In this document: positions 30,752-41,235 of the stretch, one piece after another
Layout of the letters: the number at the start of each line of letters is the position of its first letter
How positions within the stretch are numbered: the first letter of the stretch is position 1
Origin: a bacterium
GTDB taxonomy: Bacteria > Zhuqueibacterota > Zhuqueibacteria > Residuimicrobiales > Krinioviventaceae
Direction: 5' to 3'
Assembly: GCA_963674595.2 (NCBI GenBank)
Contig: CAXXFV010000023.1
Span: 800,001-864,000 of the forward strand
Length of the DNA stretch: 64,000 nt
Program-made: the position numbers and the translations under genes
Notes under the pieces: model-generated
Told to the model about the DNA's origin: nothing
The model's input: only the letters and a program-made list of their open reading frames with translations
Database searches by the model: none

Positions 30752-31802
30752 TGAGACTTCTCCTTACCTCTTTTAAAAACAGGTCATTTTCTTCCGGAGT
30801 GCCAATAGATACCCGCAAACAGTTGTGCAGGCCATACTGGGTGCCGCGGTCACGGATGACAATTCTTTTCTTAAAAAGCTTTTCATACAGGGATAGGGCT
30901 TCCGCGTAGCGGAACAGGACAAAATTCGCCTGGGAATCAGACACGATCTCAATCCCGTCCATAACCGCGAGCTCTGATTCTATCCGTCTCCGTTCACTGA
31001 TAATCAGATCTATTTCCTCAACCGCTTCCTGGATTTTTTCCAGCTCCATGATGCCTGTTTCCTGGGTCATGGCGTTCAGGTTGTACGGAAGCTTGACTTT
31101 CATAAACAGCTGGATCAAAACAGGATCGGCCAGGACATACCCCAGCCTGATTCCAGCGGAGCCAAATGCCTTGGACATGGTCCGGGTGACAACCAGGTTT
31201 GGATATTTTTTTATGAGGGACGAAATTGAGGGTTTACCGGAAAACTCCACATAGGCCTCGTCAACCAGGACAATGCCCTTCCACTGCTCCAGGACCCCGG
31301 TGATCTCGGCGGCATCCATAAGGTTTCCCGTTGGATTATTAGGAGAGCAGAGAAATAACACTTTTATATCTTCCCCTGCTTTATCCAGGAAATATTCTGA
31401 TTTAAATGCAAATTCCCGGTCCAGCTGGAACCTCTTTACCGGAATCCCGAAAATTTCAGCCAGGACCTCGTACATTCCATAAGTGGGTTCAAATATGGCT
31501 ATGGAGTCCCTGCCTGGAGTACAGAAAACCTTGAAGATCCAGTCGAAAACCTCGTCAGAACCGCTTCCCGCTAATATGGAAGAAGCAGGAATCGCCGTGA
31601 AACGGCTCAGGGCATTTCGCAGTTTATCCTGGTGAGGATCGGGGTACCGGTTGACCAGGGCTCCACCCTGCCAGCGGGGAAATGGATTCTCATTGGCATC
31701 CAGGAGGATTCCCTCCTTAACCGTGTCCCTGGCACATGTATAACCCTTCAGTTTCAGGATTTCGGGACGCACCAGCTTTAAAACTTCATCAATGGTGAGC
31801 AT
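30744..31802 (-). CDS. hisC: Histidinol-phosphate aminotransferase
   Basis: LDANENP, NRYPDP, CSPNNPTG, DEAY and RTMSKAFG motifs. Confidence 0.96.
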   Translation of the reverse strand: MLTIDEVLKLVRPEILKLKGYTCARDTVKEGILLDANENPFPRWQGGALVNRYPDPHQDKLRNALSRFTAIPASSILAGSGSDEVFDWIFKVFCTPGRDSIAIFEPTYGMYEVLAEIFGIPVKRFQLDREFAFKSEYFLDKAGEDIKVLFLCSPNNPTGNLMDAAEITGVLEQWKGIVLVDEAYVEFSGKPSISSLIKKYPNLVVTRTMSKAFGSAGIRLGYVLADPVLIQLFMKVKLPYNLNAMTQETGIMELEKIQEAVEEIDLIISERRRIESELAVMDGIEIVSDSQANFVLFRYAEALSLYEKLFKKRIVIRDRGTQYGLHNCLRVSIGTPEENDLFLKEVRRSLNE

Positions 31803-33109
31803 TACTCTTTTCCCTTCCTGATCAGGTTTAACCTGGTTGTTACCGCGTTCGCATGGCCTTCCAGATCTTCCTCCCTGGCCAGGAGCCTGAGGGGGTCCGA
31901 AATATCTGACAGACCCTGTTCTGAAATCTCCTGGAAAGTCAGCTTCTTGACATAACTATCCAGGGAAACCCCGGAAAAGGCACGGGCTGCCCCTGATGTT
32001 GGAAGGGTATGGTTCGTGCCGGAGACGTAATCCCCGGCTACTTCAGGGGTCCACCTGCCCACAAATACAGAACCGGCGCTCCTGACCTGGCTTGAGCTTT
32101 CCCTGGCATTCTCAAAAAGCAGGATCAGGTGTTCAGGGGCATACTCATTGCTGAAGCCTATGGCTTCTTCCAGGGTTTCAGTTGTTAAGATAAAACTCCG
32201 GGAGAGTGCAGCCTCGGCAATCTCTTTACGGGGAAGAACGGCTATCTGGTCCTGCAAGGCCTGCTGAACCAATTCCACCAGTTCCCTGGAAGTGGTTACA
32301 AGTACTACCTGGCTGTCCCGGTCATGTTCAGCCTGGGAAAGAAGATCACTGGCTACTACCTGCGGATCAGCCGTTTTGTCGGCAATTACCAAAACTTCGC
32401 TGGGGCCGGCCACCATGTCAATGGCTGTCCCCTGGAGCGTAGCCACCAGCTTGGCCATTTGCACAATTCTGTTTCCGGGTCCAAGTATCTTGTCCACCTT
32501 GGGGACAGTCTCAGTCCCCAGCGACAATGCCGCAATAGCCTGGGCCCCTCCGATCTTGAAAACTTGGCGTACCCCGGCAATCCTGGCAGCTGCCAGGACA
32601 GTGGGAGAAACAGTGCCGTCCTTAAGAGGGGGAACGGTCAAGGCCACTTTGCTGCATCCGGCCAGGATTGCCGGAATGCCCAGCATCAGAACAGTTGAAG
32701 GTAAAACAGCGGTCCCGCCAGGAACATATAACCCCACTGACTGGATAGCCCGGGCCGCTCTCCAACAAGTCACCCCATCCTGCACTTCAACCGGGTTGGT
32801 TGCCATCTGCTGGGAAGAATGGAATTTCTTAATATTCCGGGCAGCCAGCTCCAAAGCGGAGTTAAGCTCTTTCGGAATCATTTTGGCCGAGGCATGAAAC
32901 TCTTCAGCGCTTACCCGGCAATCTGATAAGTCCACCTGGTCGTATTTGAGTGTGTATTCCGCTACAGCCTCATCTCCCCTGGCCCGGACTTCCTCAAAAA
33001 CACCCCTGCAGAAATCAAATAGTTCCGGGTCATAAACCGGATTCCTCTTGCACAGGGAATTCACATCCCTGCCTGATAATTTTTTTAAATCATATACTTT
33101 AACTAACAT
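31802..33109 (-). CDS. hisD: Histidinol dehydrogenase
   Basis: GLYVPGG, GGAQAIAA, AGPSEV, SQAEHD and APEHL motifs; TGATG coupling to hisG. Confidence 0.97.
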   Translation of the reverse strand: MLVKVYDLKKLSGRDVNSLCKRNPVYDPELFDFCRGVFEEVRARGDEAVAEYTLKYDQVDLSDCRVSAEEFHASAKMIPKELNSALELAARNIKKFHSSQQMATNPVEVQDGVTCWRAARAIQSVGLYVPGGTAVLPSTVLMLGIPAILAGCSKVALTVPPLKDGTVSPTVLAAARIAGVRQVFKIGGAQAIAALSLGTETVPKVDKILGPGNRIVQMAKLVATLQGTAIDMVAGPSEVLVIADKTADPQVVASDLLSQAEHDRDSQVVLVTTSRELVELVQQALQDQIAVLPRKEIAEAALSRSFILTTETLEEAIGFSNEYAPEHLILLFENARESSSQVRSAGSVFVGRWTPEVAGDYVSGTNHTLPTSGAARAFSGVSLDSYVKKLTFQEISEQGLSDISDPLRLLAREEDLEGHANAVTTRLNLIRKGKE

Positions 33110-33987
33110 CAAAGCACCAACTTCTCTATGGGAACAACCAGTATATCTGTTGCCCCGTATACTTTTAACTGTTCAGCCACATCCCAGAATTCATCTTCCG
33201 GAACTGCTGTATGAATAGCAATCAGCCCTTTCTGCGCCAAAGGCAGCACCGTGGGGCTTTTCATGCCGGGCAGTATCTCTTTTATCCGGTCCAGCGATTC
33301 CTCCGGCGCGTTCATCATTACGTACTTTGTTTTCCTGGCCCGGAGATAACTCTGAATCCTGAATCTCAACCGTTCAATAAGGTCTCTTTTCCATGATTCA
33401 GCCAGTGTATCAGGATTGGCAATAAGTATTGCTTCAGACTTCATAACAGTTTCAATGGGCACCAGTTCATGCAGCCTCAAAGTACTGCCGGTTGAGACCA
33501 GGTCGCAAATCGCGTCGGCCACATCCATGGTGGGAGTAATTTCGACCGATCCATGTATCTCCACAATACTTACACCAGGGACCTCCCTGCTTTCCAGATA
33601 TCTGGATAATATGTTGGGATATGATGTAGCGATTCTTTTTCCCGCTAATTGTTCAACTGTTTTGAGATCGGATTTCCTCGGTACCGCAATGGTTAATTCA
33701 CACCGTCCGAATCCAAAAAATTCCAGGTACGAAACCTTCGCCCCGGTCTCCTCCACCACATTCTGGCCAACAATGCCTAAATCAGCATTACCTTCCTGTA
33801 CATATTCCGGGATATCGTCATCTCGCAAAAAAATAATATCAAGGGGAAACTTCCGGCACCGGGCAAAGAGCCGGCCCTGGTGTATTTCGAAATCAACCCC
33901 TGACGACTTCAGGACTTCAAGCGACAGTTCGGACAAACGTCCTTTCTTCTGGACTGCTATCTTAATATTTTTCCCGTTCAGTTTCAT
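33109..33987 (-). CDS. hisG: ATP phosphoribosyltransferase, long form
   Basis: IAVQKKGRL, RDDDIP, IATSYP and DLVSTGSTL motifs, plus the C-terminal regulatory domain. Confidence 0.96.
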   Translation of the reverse strand: MKLNGKNIKIAVQKKGRLSELSLEVLKSSGVDFEIHQGRLFARCRKFPLDIIFLRDDDIPEYVQEGNADLGIVGQNVVEETGAKVSYLEFFGFGRCELTIAVPRKSDLKTVEQLAGKRIATSYPNILSRYLESREVPGVSIVEIHGSVEITPTMDVADAICDLVSTGSTLRLHELVPIETVMKSEAILIANPDTLAESWKRDLIERLRFRIQSYLRARKTKYVMMNAPEESLDRIKEILPGMKSPTVLPLAQKGLIAIHTAVPEDEFWDVAEQLKVYGATDILVVPIEKLVL

Positions 33988-34031
33988 ATTTCTTCCAGGC
34001 ATCCGGATTCCGGCCTGCCATTTATCGCTGT

Positions 34032-34337
34032 TTATTCAGCTTTAGTAATTTTTTCACGCCTCTTCAGCATGGTCTGGTAGCCGCCTTCTCCATGTTTGCA
34101 CCAATGAGCAATCCGGGTGACAGTAGTGGTACTGGCCCCGGTCACCTCGCTTATCCTGCGGTAGGAAAGCCCCTTCCCCAGCAATCCGGCTACATCCAGC
34201 CTCTCTGCCATGGCTTCCAGTTCTCCGGGCGTACAGAGGTCCCTGAAAAAACAGGCCGCCTCCTCCCTGTCACGAAGAAGAGAAATCATTTCAAAAAGAT
34301 CCCATAACCGCCGATTCTCTTTTAATATCTGTTCCAT
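34032..34337 (-). CDS. TrpR-like YerC/YecD repressor (HisR candidate)
   Basis: FFRDLCTPGEL..MAERL and SYRRISEVTGASTTTVTRI HTH; first gene of the his operon. Confidence 0.9.
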   Translation of the reverse strand: MEQILKENRRLWDLFEMISLLRDREEAACFFRDLCTPGELEAMAERLDVAGLLGKGLSYRRISEVTGASTTTVTRIAHWCKHGEGGYQTMLKRREKITKAE

Positions 34338-34357
34338 TGTTTTAACACATTAACACA
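34338..34357. promoter_or_regulatory. Candidate operator of the TrpR-like regulator (20-bp palindrome)
   Basis: TGTTTTAA-CACA-TTAACACA, dyad TGTnTTAA-N4-TTAAnACA, abutting the ATG. Confidence 0.55.
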
Positions 34358-34437
34358 AAAATTCTAAAATTACAAACATCAAAGTTTTCGAATCTGTTTC
34401 AAAATTACTCGTGAACTTATGATTTGAGGCCGCAAAA

Positions 34438-34498
34438 TGATGGACCTGGTGGACCTGGTGGACGCAGTGGACATGGTGGACATGGTGGACGCAGTGGA
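34438..34498 (-). repeat. 9-bp tandem repeat (GTCCACnnn)
   Basis: tggacctgg/tggacgcag/tggacatgg units, about 7 copies; the same unit occurs at 42788-42863. Confidence 0.8.
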
Positions 34499-34715
34499 AT
34501 TGGCGGGAAAGAAGTTCGGGAGCGGGAGGCGGATTATCCAATCTTTACAAATCTTAACGAAACATAGCCCGCAAATGACGTTATAGTAAGCAGTTGACAT
34601 AAGACATCCTGGAATCGAGTCAAATAACTTGTGATCACAGATTCAAGAACGAAGAAAAAACCAGGGTTAATCAGGATTACTAATTTTTACTGAGTTTTAT
34701 AAAAGGAGAATTGCA

Positions 34716-35264
34716 ATGAAGAAGTACACATCAATTTTAATAACCGTTGTTTTAGTACTGTCGTTTATATCAATAATTGCTATCGCCCAGCCTTTTGGCG
34801 GCGGAATGCAGGGAGCCGGAAATAGCGTCCGGGGCCAGGCCCGCGGCGGAATGCAGGGCGGTGCCATGGGTATGGGACTGATGAACCTCAATCTCACTGA
34901 TGAGCAAAGAGAGCAGATTAAGCTGATTATGGATGAAAACCGTGAAGTCATGCTGGCTGACTGTGATGCCACCCGCGAAGAAATGATTGAGATCAAAGAC
35001 CAGCTGAACGCTCTCATGGATGCCGAGGTTTTTGACGAAGCCGCCGCGCAGCAGCTTCTGGCCAAAAAATTCAGTATCAATACTGAGAAACAGATTCTCA
35101 GGATGAAATCCCAGCACCGGATATTGAATGAAGTACTGACCGCTGAGCAGAGAGAAACCCTGGCCAACCAGCGGGCCAATGCCGCGGCTTTCGGCAGGGG
35201 AGCAGGAATGGGTGCCGGTATGGGCAGCCAGGGAAGAATGAACCGCGGAGGCCCCCGGTTCTGA
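34716..35264 (+). CDS. Spy/CpxP family periplasmic chaperone
   Basis: Signal peptide, Gly/Met-rich linker, two LTxEQ motifs (LTDEQ, LTAEQ); AAGGAG RBS. Confidence 0.88.
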   Translation: MKKYTSILITVVLVLSFISIIAIAQPFGGGMQGAGNSVRGQARGGMQGGAMGMGLMNLNLTDEQREQIKLIMDENREVMLADCDATREEMIEIKDQLNALMDAEVFDEAAAQQLLAKKFSINTEKQILRMKSQHRILNEVLTAEQRETLANQRANAAAFGRGAGMGAGMGSQGRMNRGGPRF

Positions 35265-35340
35265 TTACCAGAAACAATAAAACGAAACGCTGTTAAACGA
35301 TTAACCAACTAAAAAAACAAAACTGAAAACATAAACTGGA

Positions 35341-35374
35341 AAAGGGCGGCTGATTTAGCCGCCCTTTTCTTTTT
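35341..35374. terminator. Intrinsic terminator between convergent genes
   Basis: aaagggcggct-gattt-agccgcccttt followed by a T-rich tract. Confidence 0.85.
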
Positions 35375-35376
35375 CA

Positions 35377-36006
35377 TTAACCCGCTTCAGGAGGCCAGAG
35401 GTCCAGTCTTGCCAGGCACTCTCTGACTTCGGTTACCCCTTTCGCAACGTAAGCCCGCATCCCGGCATCCCTGGCAGCATCAACGCACTCGGGATTGTCA
35501 TCAAAAAACAGGATTCCGGAGGGATCAATCCCCAGATCCTCAACCACGTATTCATAGATTTCCGGATCAGGTTTAATCATCCCGATTTCATGAGACAGGT
35601 AACATTTATCAAAAAAATGATCTGCCTTGAACTCCTGTTTCAGGCGGTTCCAGTGGACCACCTCATTATTACTGAGACAAGCAACTTTATAGCGGGTCCT
35701 GAGATCTGTCAGCAACTCGAAAGCTCCTGTCATTGGCCCCTTGTCCCAGGTCAGGAAAGCCTCCATGATTCTTTCGTCAGCAATCGAAAAATCCAGTTCA
35801 CTGAGAATGCCTTTCACGAATTCAGAGGCACTGCACCTGCCCCGCTCGAATTCTCTGACCCATTCTGAATTCAGCCAGAAAAGCCGCGACTCCTCCAGTG
35901 TCATTTTCCCATCTGAAAAATCCCTGAGGCCTTCAACACCTTTCCAGGTTACCAGTACACCGCCCAGGTCAAACAGTAAAATCTTTATATCGTCCTTCAA
36001 AACCAC
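35377..36006 (-). CDS. HAD-superfamily phosphatase (YihX-like)
   Basis: FDLGGVL, LSN, KPDPEIY and FFDD motifs. Confidence 0.9.
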   Translation of the reverse strand: MVLKDDIKILLFDLGGVLVTWKGVEGLRDFSDGKMTLEESRLFWLNSEWVREFERGRCSASEFVKGILSELDFSIADERIMEAFLTWDKGPMTGAFELLTDLRTRYKVACLSNNEVVHWNRLKQEFKADHFFDKCYLSHEIGMIKPDPEIYEYVVEDLGIDPSGILFFDDNPECVDAARDAGMRAYVAKGVTEVRECLARLDLWPPEAG

Positions 36007-36202
36007 TCCAGCTCTTTAAATCAGTCAGTATTCCCGGACGGCATACAGCCTCTCGCAGGTAGAAATCAGGATGAAATTACATACTATCAAGATGACGAAT
36101 AACTAGAAAATATTACAAGGCTTACACGGCAGTAAAAACAGCCCTGCTCCAAAGCAGGTTTTGAAAGTATAAAAAACCAGCCAGGCAACAGACCGGAGAT
36201 GA

Positions 36203-36637
36203 TCAGTTAACGGGCTTCCTGGGAACCGCAGAACTCCTGAAGGGAGGTCTCGTGTAAAGCTTGAGTTTCATACCTGCCTGGTCAGGCAGAAAAATAAGAA
36301 TTTTTTCCTGGCCCTCTATCTTCATCCTGATGGCAGCCGGCCTGACTGCGGTTCCATCTATCTCGGTACTCCATCTCATGTTTCCGGCATGAGTGATGGT
36401 AACCTTTACCCCGGCCTCAACCTCAACCTGGGCAAGTTCCTTTAATTTGAGGGGGTCTTCAATCAAAGATTCAAATTGGCTGAACTCCTCGTTCACTCCA
36501 GGTGAGTCGGCCGCCCTCAAGCCCAGCTGAGCAGAGTAATCAGGCAGCCAGCCGCTGCCGGTGAAAGCCAGAGCGCCTGAGGTCATGACTGAAACAACCA
36601 GGACCAACAATAAACCAAGCCGTGCCAACTTCATCAC
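36203..36637 (-). CDS. Exported hypothetical protein
   Basis: Signal peptide ending in ALA; no recognised domain. Confidence 0.65.
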   Translation of the reverse strand: MMKLARLGLLLVLVVSVMTSGALAFTGSGWLPDYSAQLGLRAADSPGVNEEFSQFESLIEDPLKLKELAQVEVEAGVKVTITHAGNMRWSTEIDGTAVRPAAIRMKIEGQEKILIFLPDQAGMKLKLYTRPPFRSSAVPRKPVN

Positions 36638-36935
36638 GTTTTCCCTTCGGTCTTACGCTGGAAATATGTTGCAGAAAACAACTCCGAACAAAATATCACC
36701 CGCTTGAAAAATTATACCAAACCATACCCTTCAGTAACTGAATCTTTTTTACCTTCCAATCCTACGGGTTCAAAAAAGCACCCATCGGCACCAACCAGAA
36801 TGCACCCCTAAGGAAACATGGATAGGTGAACCGGAACTGAGAACGATGAAGTGATAATTCCGAGCGCTTACGATCACGATGATCTCAAATCAGCATCTCA
36901 GATAGGGCAAGGCCTCACGCCTGGACGCCAGAGCG

Positions 36936-37400
36936 CTAAGAGGAATGTCCCCGCTTCAATGAATACCCTGCCGCTGCACCGGCAGCCAGGAATAAAATAA
37001 TTTCAATAACAGAATAGATATCAATCCCGCCGAACCCGGCAAATGCCAGGCTCGTTAATACCGGAACCGTGCTCACCAGGATTCCATTGACGACTCTTTT
37101 GTCCCCGGTACCTTTGGCCACAGCCCAGGCCCGCCAGAAAATCAAAACGCAGAACAGCCCGGCATAAAAACCCATCAGGAGTGTGCTGCTGCTGTACATT
37201 TCCGAAATAGCTGAACTGATCTGGCTGCTGACAACCTCGGGATTTCTAGTTTTAGGCCCCAGCTCAAAACCCATTTTCATGCTTACTATCAAGCCGGGAA
37301 TCATAAAGATGATAAATCCCAAAATCCAAACCAGAAAACTGTTCAGTAACGATTTCAGCCAAAGGATTCTGCCTTCAATCATATTATTGGAAACCATCAC
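36936..37400 (-). CDS. Hypothetical membrane protein (about 4 TM)
   Basis: Four hydrophobic segments; purine-rich RBS. Confidence 0.7.
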   Translation of the reverse strand: MMVSNNMIEGRILWLKSLLNSFLVWILGFIIFMIPGLIVSMKMGFELGPKTRNPEVVSSQISSAISEMYSSSTLLMGFYAGLFCVLIFWRAWAVAKGTGDKRVVNGILVSTVPVLTSLAFAGFGGIDIYSVIEIILFLAAGAAAGYSLKRGHSS

Positions 37401-37457
37401 TCTTTCCCCCTTTTTCTCCTTCGTTCAAAAAAACAAATCCATGCCGTGAAACACAAA

Positions 37458-37527
37458 AGGGCGAATACAAGATTCGCCCCTGCAAAATCCATATTCGCCC
37501 TTGCAAAAATCCACATTCACCCCTACA
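37458..37527 (-). repeat. GTAG-type REP palindrome plus degenerate half copies
   Basis: gggcgaatacaagattcgcccctgc, then attcgcccttgc and attcacccctac. Relatives at about 56586-56608 and 63184-63212. Confidence 0.7.
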
Positions 37528-37588
37528 AATATCTGCCGCTGGATGTCATGAACCCTTATTCACTTTCAATGGCCAGCCGTCAGCAAAC

Positions 37589-38359
37589 CTACCATTCGCC
37601 TTTTTGTCCGAACTTCTCCTGGACAGCCTTTCCGAAACGTTTTGCGGCATCGTTGAGATCGGAGAGAATCTCCTCCATCGGCTTTCCGGTCGCGTTACGG
37701 GCGGCAGAAATCATAGTATCGCACTCATTCCGATCCATGAATATCGAGGCATCCAGCAGGTCTTCCTGATCTTCCTCTGGAATGACAAGAAATCCATGTT
37801 TATCGGCGTGAATCAGGTCACCATGGTTGATCCTGCGGCCGAAAACCTCTACTTCACAGCCCCATCTAACCGGCCAGGAGTGCGCATGGCCAACGCAAAG
37901 CCTGCGTGCCAGGGCCTTGAAACCCGCGCCGGTCATCTCATCAATGTCACGAATCGCTCCGTCTGTAATAGTGCCCACACAGCCCAGTGCCCGCGAAAGA
38001 TTGGCGCTGACTTCCCCCCAGTATGAGCCGAGGGTAACGGGTTTATCCATATCCTGAACTACCACGATCTTGGGTCCGGGAATTGAGGAGATATACTCAC
38101 GGCACTGCTCCGGGGCCGAAGCGTTTTTCTTGTGATCGGGATTGCCTGGTTCACAAACCACGGTGACGGCATAACCGATCATCGGCCCCATCTGGGGCAT
38201 GTAATCATGGGCTTCTTCGAGGTTGAAGCAATCATGGGCTGAATCGTGACTGGTTATCTGCTCCCAGCCGTTGTAGATAGTAGGAGTATTCCAGCGTGTT
38301 AGCTGCAACAGTTCCGAATTGGAAAGCCTGCGTTTTAACACTCGTTTTCTCCCCGGCAT
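37589..38359 (-). CDS. RraA family / HMG-aldolase-like protein
   Basis: GYAVT, YWGEV, TDGAIRDIDE and GDLIHADKHG motifs; start uncertain. Confidence 0.85.
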   Translation of the reverse strand: MPGRKRVLKRRLSNSELLQLTRWNTPTIYNGWEQITSHDSAHDCFNLEEAHDYMPQMGPMIGYAVTVVCEPGNPDHKKNASAPEQCREYISSIPGPKIVVVQDMDKPVTLGSYWGEVSANLSRALGCVGTITDGAIRDIDEMTGAGFKALARRLCVGHAHSWPVRWGCEVEVFGRRINHGDLIHADKHGFLVIPEEDQEDLLDASIFMDRNECDTMISAARNATGKPMEEILSDLNDAAKRFGKAVQEKFGQKGEW

Positions 38360-38414
38360 CGGTCCCTAGAAGCTATCCAAATATAAAAACCTGGTATTCA
38401 GTTTCTGGTTCCGG

Positions 38415-41189
38415 TTATTTGCCGCAGCAATGTTTATACTTTCTGCCTGATCCGCAAGGGCATAGATCATTCCTCCCAACTTTTGGGACCTGCCTTACCT
38501 GCTGTTGCACCGGGCCTGCCGTCTGCTCCCTCTGCTGGGGAACTCCCGGGGATGAATAAGCGGAAACCGTGGCAGTCTCCCCCTCTCCGCCGGAATAATT
38601 GTAGGCCCGCCGGGCTTGCTGGGCCTTGGGGGAAAGTACCGAATCCTGCTCTTTTTCAGCAGGCTGCAGCAGGAATAACATTTTAACAACCTGGTCCCTC
38701 ATGCGGATTCTCAGATCTGAAAATAATTCAAAGGATTCCCGCTTGTACTCCATCTTCGGATCACGCTGTCCATATCCGCGCAGGCCGATACCCTCTTTCA
38801 AATGATCCAGGGCTAACAAGTGGTCCTTCCACTGCTGGTCTATAATCTGCAAGATGATCATCCGCTCAAACCAGCGCATGAAACCATCTTTAAACTCCAG
38901 CTCCTTTTCGTCATACCTCTCTTTGACCACCTTCAGGAGACTTTGTTCCATTTCAGCCCGGGCAAGGTCCTGGAGAGAAACCGTTTTCCCTGCATCCTTG
39001 AAACCTTCCGGTACCTCAACTTCCTGCGGGAGCCCCATTCCGAAGAATTCCCTGAACGCAATCCCCAGGTTTTCAAAACTCCAGACCTTGGGATCCACAT
39101 CTTCGCTGGCATGAGTGTCCAGGAACTCATAAAGTATTTCCTCAGCCATCGCCAGGACATACTCTTTCTGGTCCATTCCCTCTAACAAGTCTCTCCTGAA
39201 ACGATATATCTCTTCCCTCTGCTTGTTCATGACATCGTCATATTCAAGCAGATGCTTGCGGATATCAAAGTTGCGCGCTTCCACCTGGCTTTGGGCCCGC
39301 TCAATCTGTTTGGAAATCAGCCTGGACTCAATGGGCACGCCTTCTTCCATCCCCAGCCTCTGCATAATTCCAGCAATATTTTCTGAGCCGAAAATCCTTA
39401 ACAGGTCATCTTCCAGGGAAAGATAAAAACGGCTGGATCCGGGATCTCCCTGTCGTCCCGCTCTTCCCCTCAGCTGGTTGTCAATACGCCTCGCTTCGTG
39501 GCGCTCGGTGCCGATGATATGCAGGCCGCCCAGCTCAATTACCGCGTCATGCTGCTTTTTCCAGTTCTCATATTCAACCAGGCGTTCCTCGTCCGTGGAC
39601 TCCACCTTTTCAATGCCATCTTCCGGTGTTTCCAGGTTATCCAGTCCTTCATTGTCAAAAACCTTCAACTTATTGAGGTCGCATCCAGGTTTTCCACCCA
39701 GGATGATGTCAGTCCCGCGGCCTGCCATATTGGTGGCAATAGTAACAGCCCCCAGGCGGCCGGAATTCTCGATTATCTGGGCTTCCTTCTCATGATACTT
39801 GGCATTCAGTACAAAATGCCTGGTGCCCCTTCTTTTCAGAAGAGCTGAAAGTCTTTCTGACTTTTCAATTGAAGTCGTTCCGACCAGGACCGGCTGGCCC
39901 CTCTTACTGAGCTCCTTGATTTCATCGGCGACAGCATCAAATTTTTCCCGCTGAGTCCGGAAAATGACATCTGGAAACTCCTTGCGTATCAATTCCTGGT
40001 TAGTGGGAATAACAACTGTTGCCAGCTCGTAGGTACCTTCAAACTCAGCGGCTTCGGTCTCAGCCGTACCGGTCATGCCGGAGAGCTTGTCGTACATCCT
40101 GAAATAATTCTGGAAGGTAATGGTCGCCAGGGTCTGGTTTTCCCTTTCAATTTTGACTCCTTCCTTGGCCTCGAGCGCCTGGTGCAGGCCGTCTGAATAG
40201 CGGCGGCCGGGCATCATTCTGCCCGTGAACTCATCAACAATTATTACTTCCCCTTCCCTTACCACGTAATCCTTGTCACGGGTAAAGAGGGTATGAGCTT
40301 TCAGGGCCTGCTGAATATGGTGAACCAACTCCATATTTCGGGGGTCGTAAAGGTTGTCGATGCCCAGAGCTTTTTCTGATTTTTCAATCCCTGTTTCCTG
40401 GAGGACAACAGTGCGCATCTTTTCATCAACTTTGAAATCCTCTTCCCGCACCAACCTGGGGATCAACCGGTCAATTTTATAATACTTATCAGTAGATTCT
40501 TCAGAGGGTCCGCTGATGATCAGCGGTGTCCTTGCTTCGTCAATCAGGATGGAGTCAACCTCATCGACGATGGCATAGGGGTGTCCGCGCTGGACACAGT
40601 CTTCCAGGGCGTACTTCATATTATCCCTGAGGTAATCAAACCCGAACTCATTATTGGTCCCATAGGTTATGTCAGATCCATACGCCAGTTTCCTGCCGGA
40701 TTCAGGCATATCGTGCTGGATTGAACCAACCGTCATTCCCAGAAAATTGTATACCGGAGACATCCATTCGGCATCGCGGCGCGCCAGGTAATCATTAACC
40801 GTGACGATATGCACACCTTTTCCCGGTATCGCGTTCAGGCAGGCTGCCAGGGTCGCGACCAGGGTTTTACCTTCACCGGTTTTCATTTCCGCGATCCTGC
40901 CCTCATGCAGCACCTTGCCGCCTATGAGCTGCACATCATAGTGCCTCATGCCCAAGGTTCTTTTAGATGCTTCCCGGACAACGGCAAACACTTCAGGCAT
41001 AAGGTCATCCAGGCTTTCCCCGGCTGCATTCCGGGTCCTGAATTCAGCGGTTTTTCCCTTCAGCTGCTCATCTGAAAGGGAGGAAATAACCGGCTCCAAA
41101 GCATTAACCTTCTCTATCACCGGTACCGTTTTCTTGAGATACCGTTCATTCTGGGAACCAATTACCTTGGCGAGTATTGAATTAAACAT
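38415..41189 (-). CDS. secA: Preprotein translocase ATPase SecA
   Basis: [41 protein letters not shown] and C-terminal [13 protein letters not shown]. Confidence 0.98.
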   Translation of the reverse strand: MFNSILAKVIGSQNERYLKKTVPVIEKVNALEPVISSLSDEQLKGKTAEFRTRNAAGESLDDLMPEVFAVVREASKRTLGMRHYDVQLIGGKVLHEGRIAEMKTGEGKTLVATLAACLNAIPGKGVHIVTVNDYLARRDAEWMSPVYNFLGMTVGSIQHDMPESGRKLAYGSDITYGTNNEFGFDYLRDNMKYALEDCVQRGHPYAIVDEVDSILIDEARTPLIISGPSEESTDKYYKIDRLIPRLVREEDFKVDEKMRTVVLQETGIEKSEKALGIDNLYDPRNMELVHHIQQALKAHTLFTRDKDYVVREGEVIIVDEFTGRMMPGRRYSDGLHQALEAKEGVKIERENQTLATITFQNYFRMYDKLSGMTGTAETEAAEFEGTYELATVVIPTNQELIRKEFPDVIFRTQREKFDAVADEIKELSKRGQPVLVGTTSIEKSERLSALLKRRGTRHFVLNAKYHEKEAQIIENSGRLGAVTIATNMAGRGTDIILGGKPGCDLNKLKVFDNEGLDNLETPEDGIEKVESTDEERLVEYENWKKQHDAVIELGGLHIIGTERHEARRIDNQLRGRAGRQGDPGSSRFYLSLEDDLLRIFGSENIAGIMQRLGMEEGVPIESRLISKQIERAQSQVEARNFDIRKHLLEYDDVMNKQREEIYRFRRDLLEGMDQKEYVLAMAEEILYEFLDTHASEDVDPKVWSFENLGIAFREFFGMGLPQEVEVPEGFKDAGKTVSLQDLARAEMEQSLLKVVKERYDEKELEFKDGFMRWFERMIILQIIDQQWKDHLLALDHLKEGIGLRGYGQRDPKMEYKRESFELFSDLRIRMRDQVVKMLFLLQPAEKEQDSVLSPKAQQARRAYNYSGGEGETATVSAYSSPGVPQQREQTAGPVQQQVRQVPKVGRNDLCPCGSGRKYKHCCGK

Positions 41190-41235
41190 GATTGGATATT
41201 CTACATTATTAAGACTGGATTAAGACTGGCTTATC

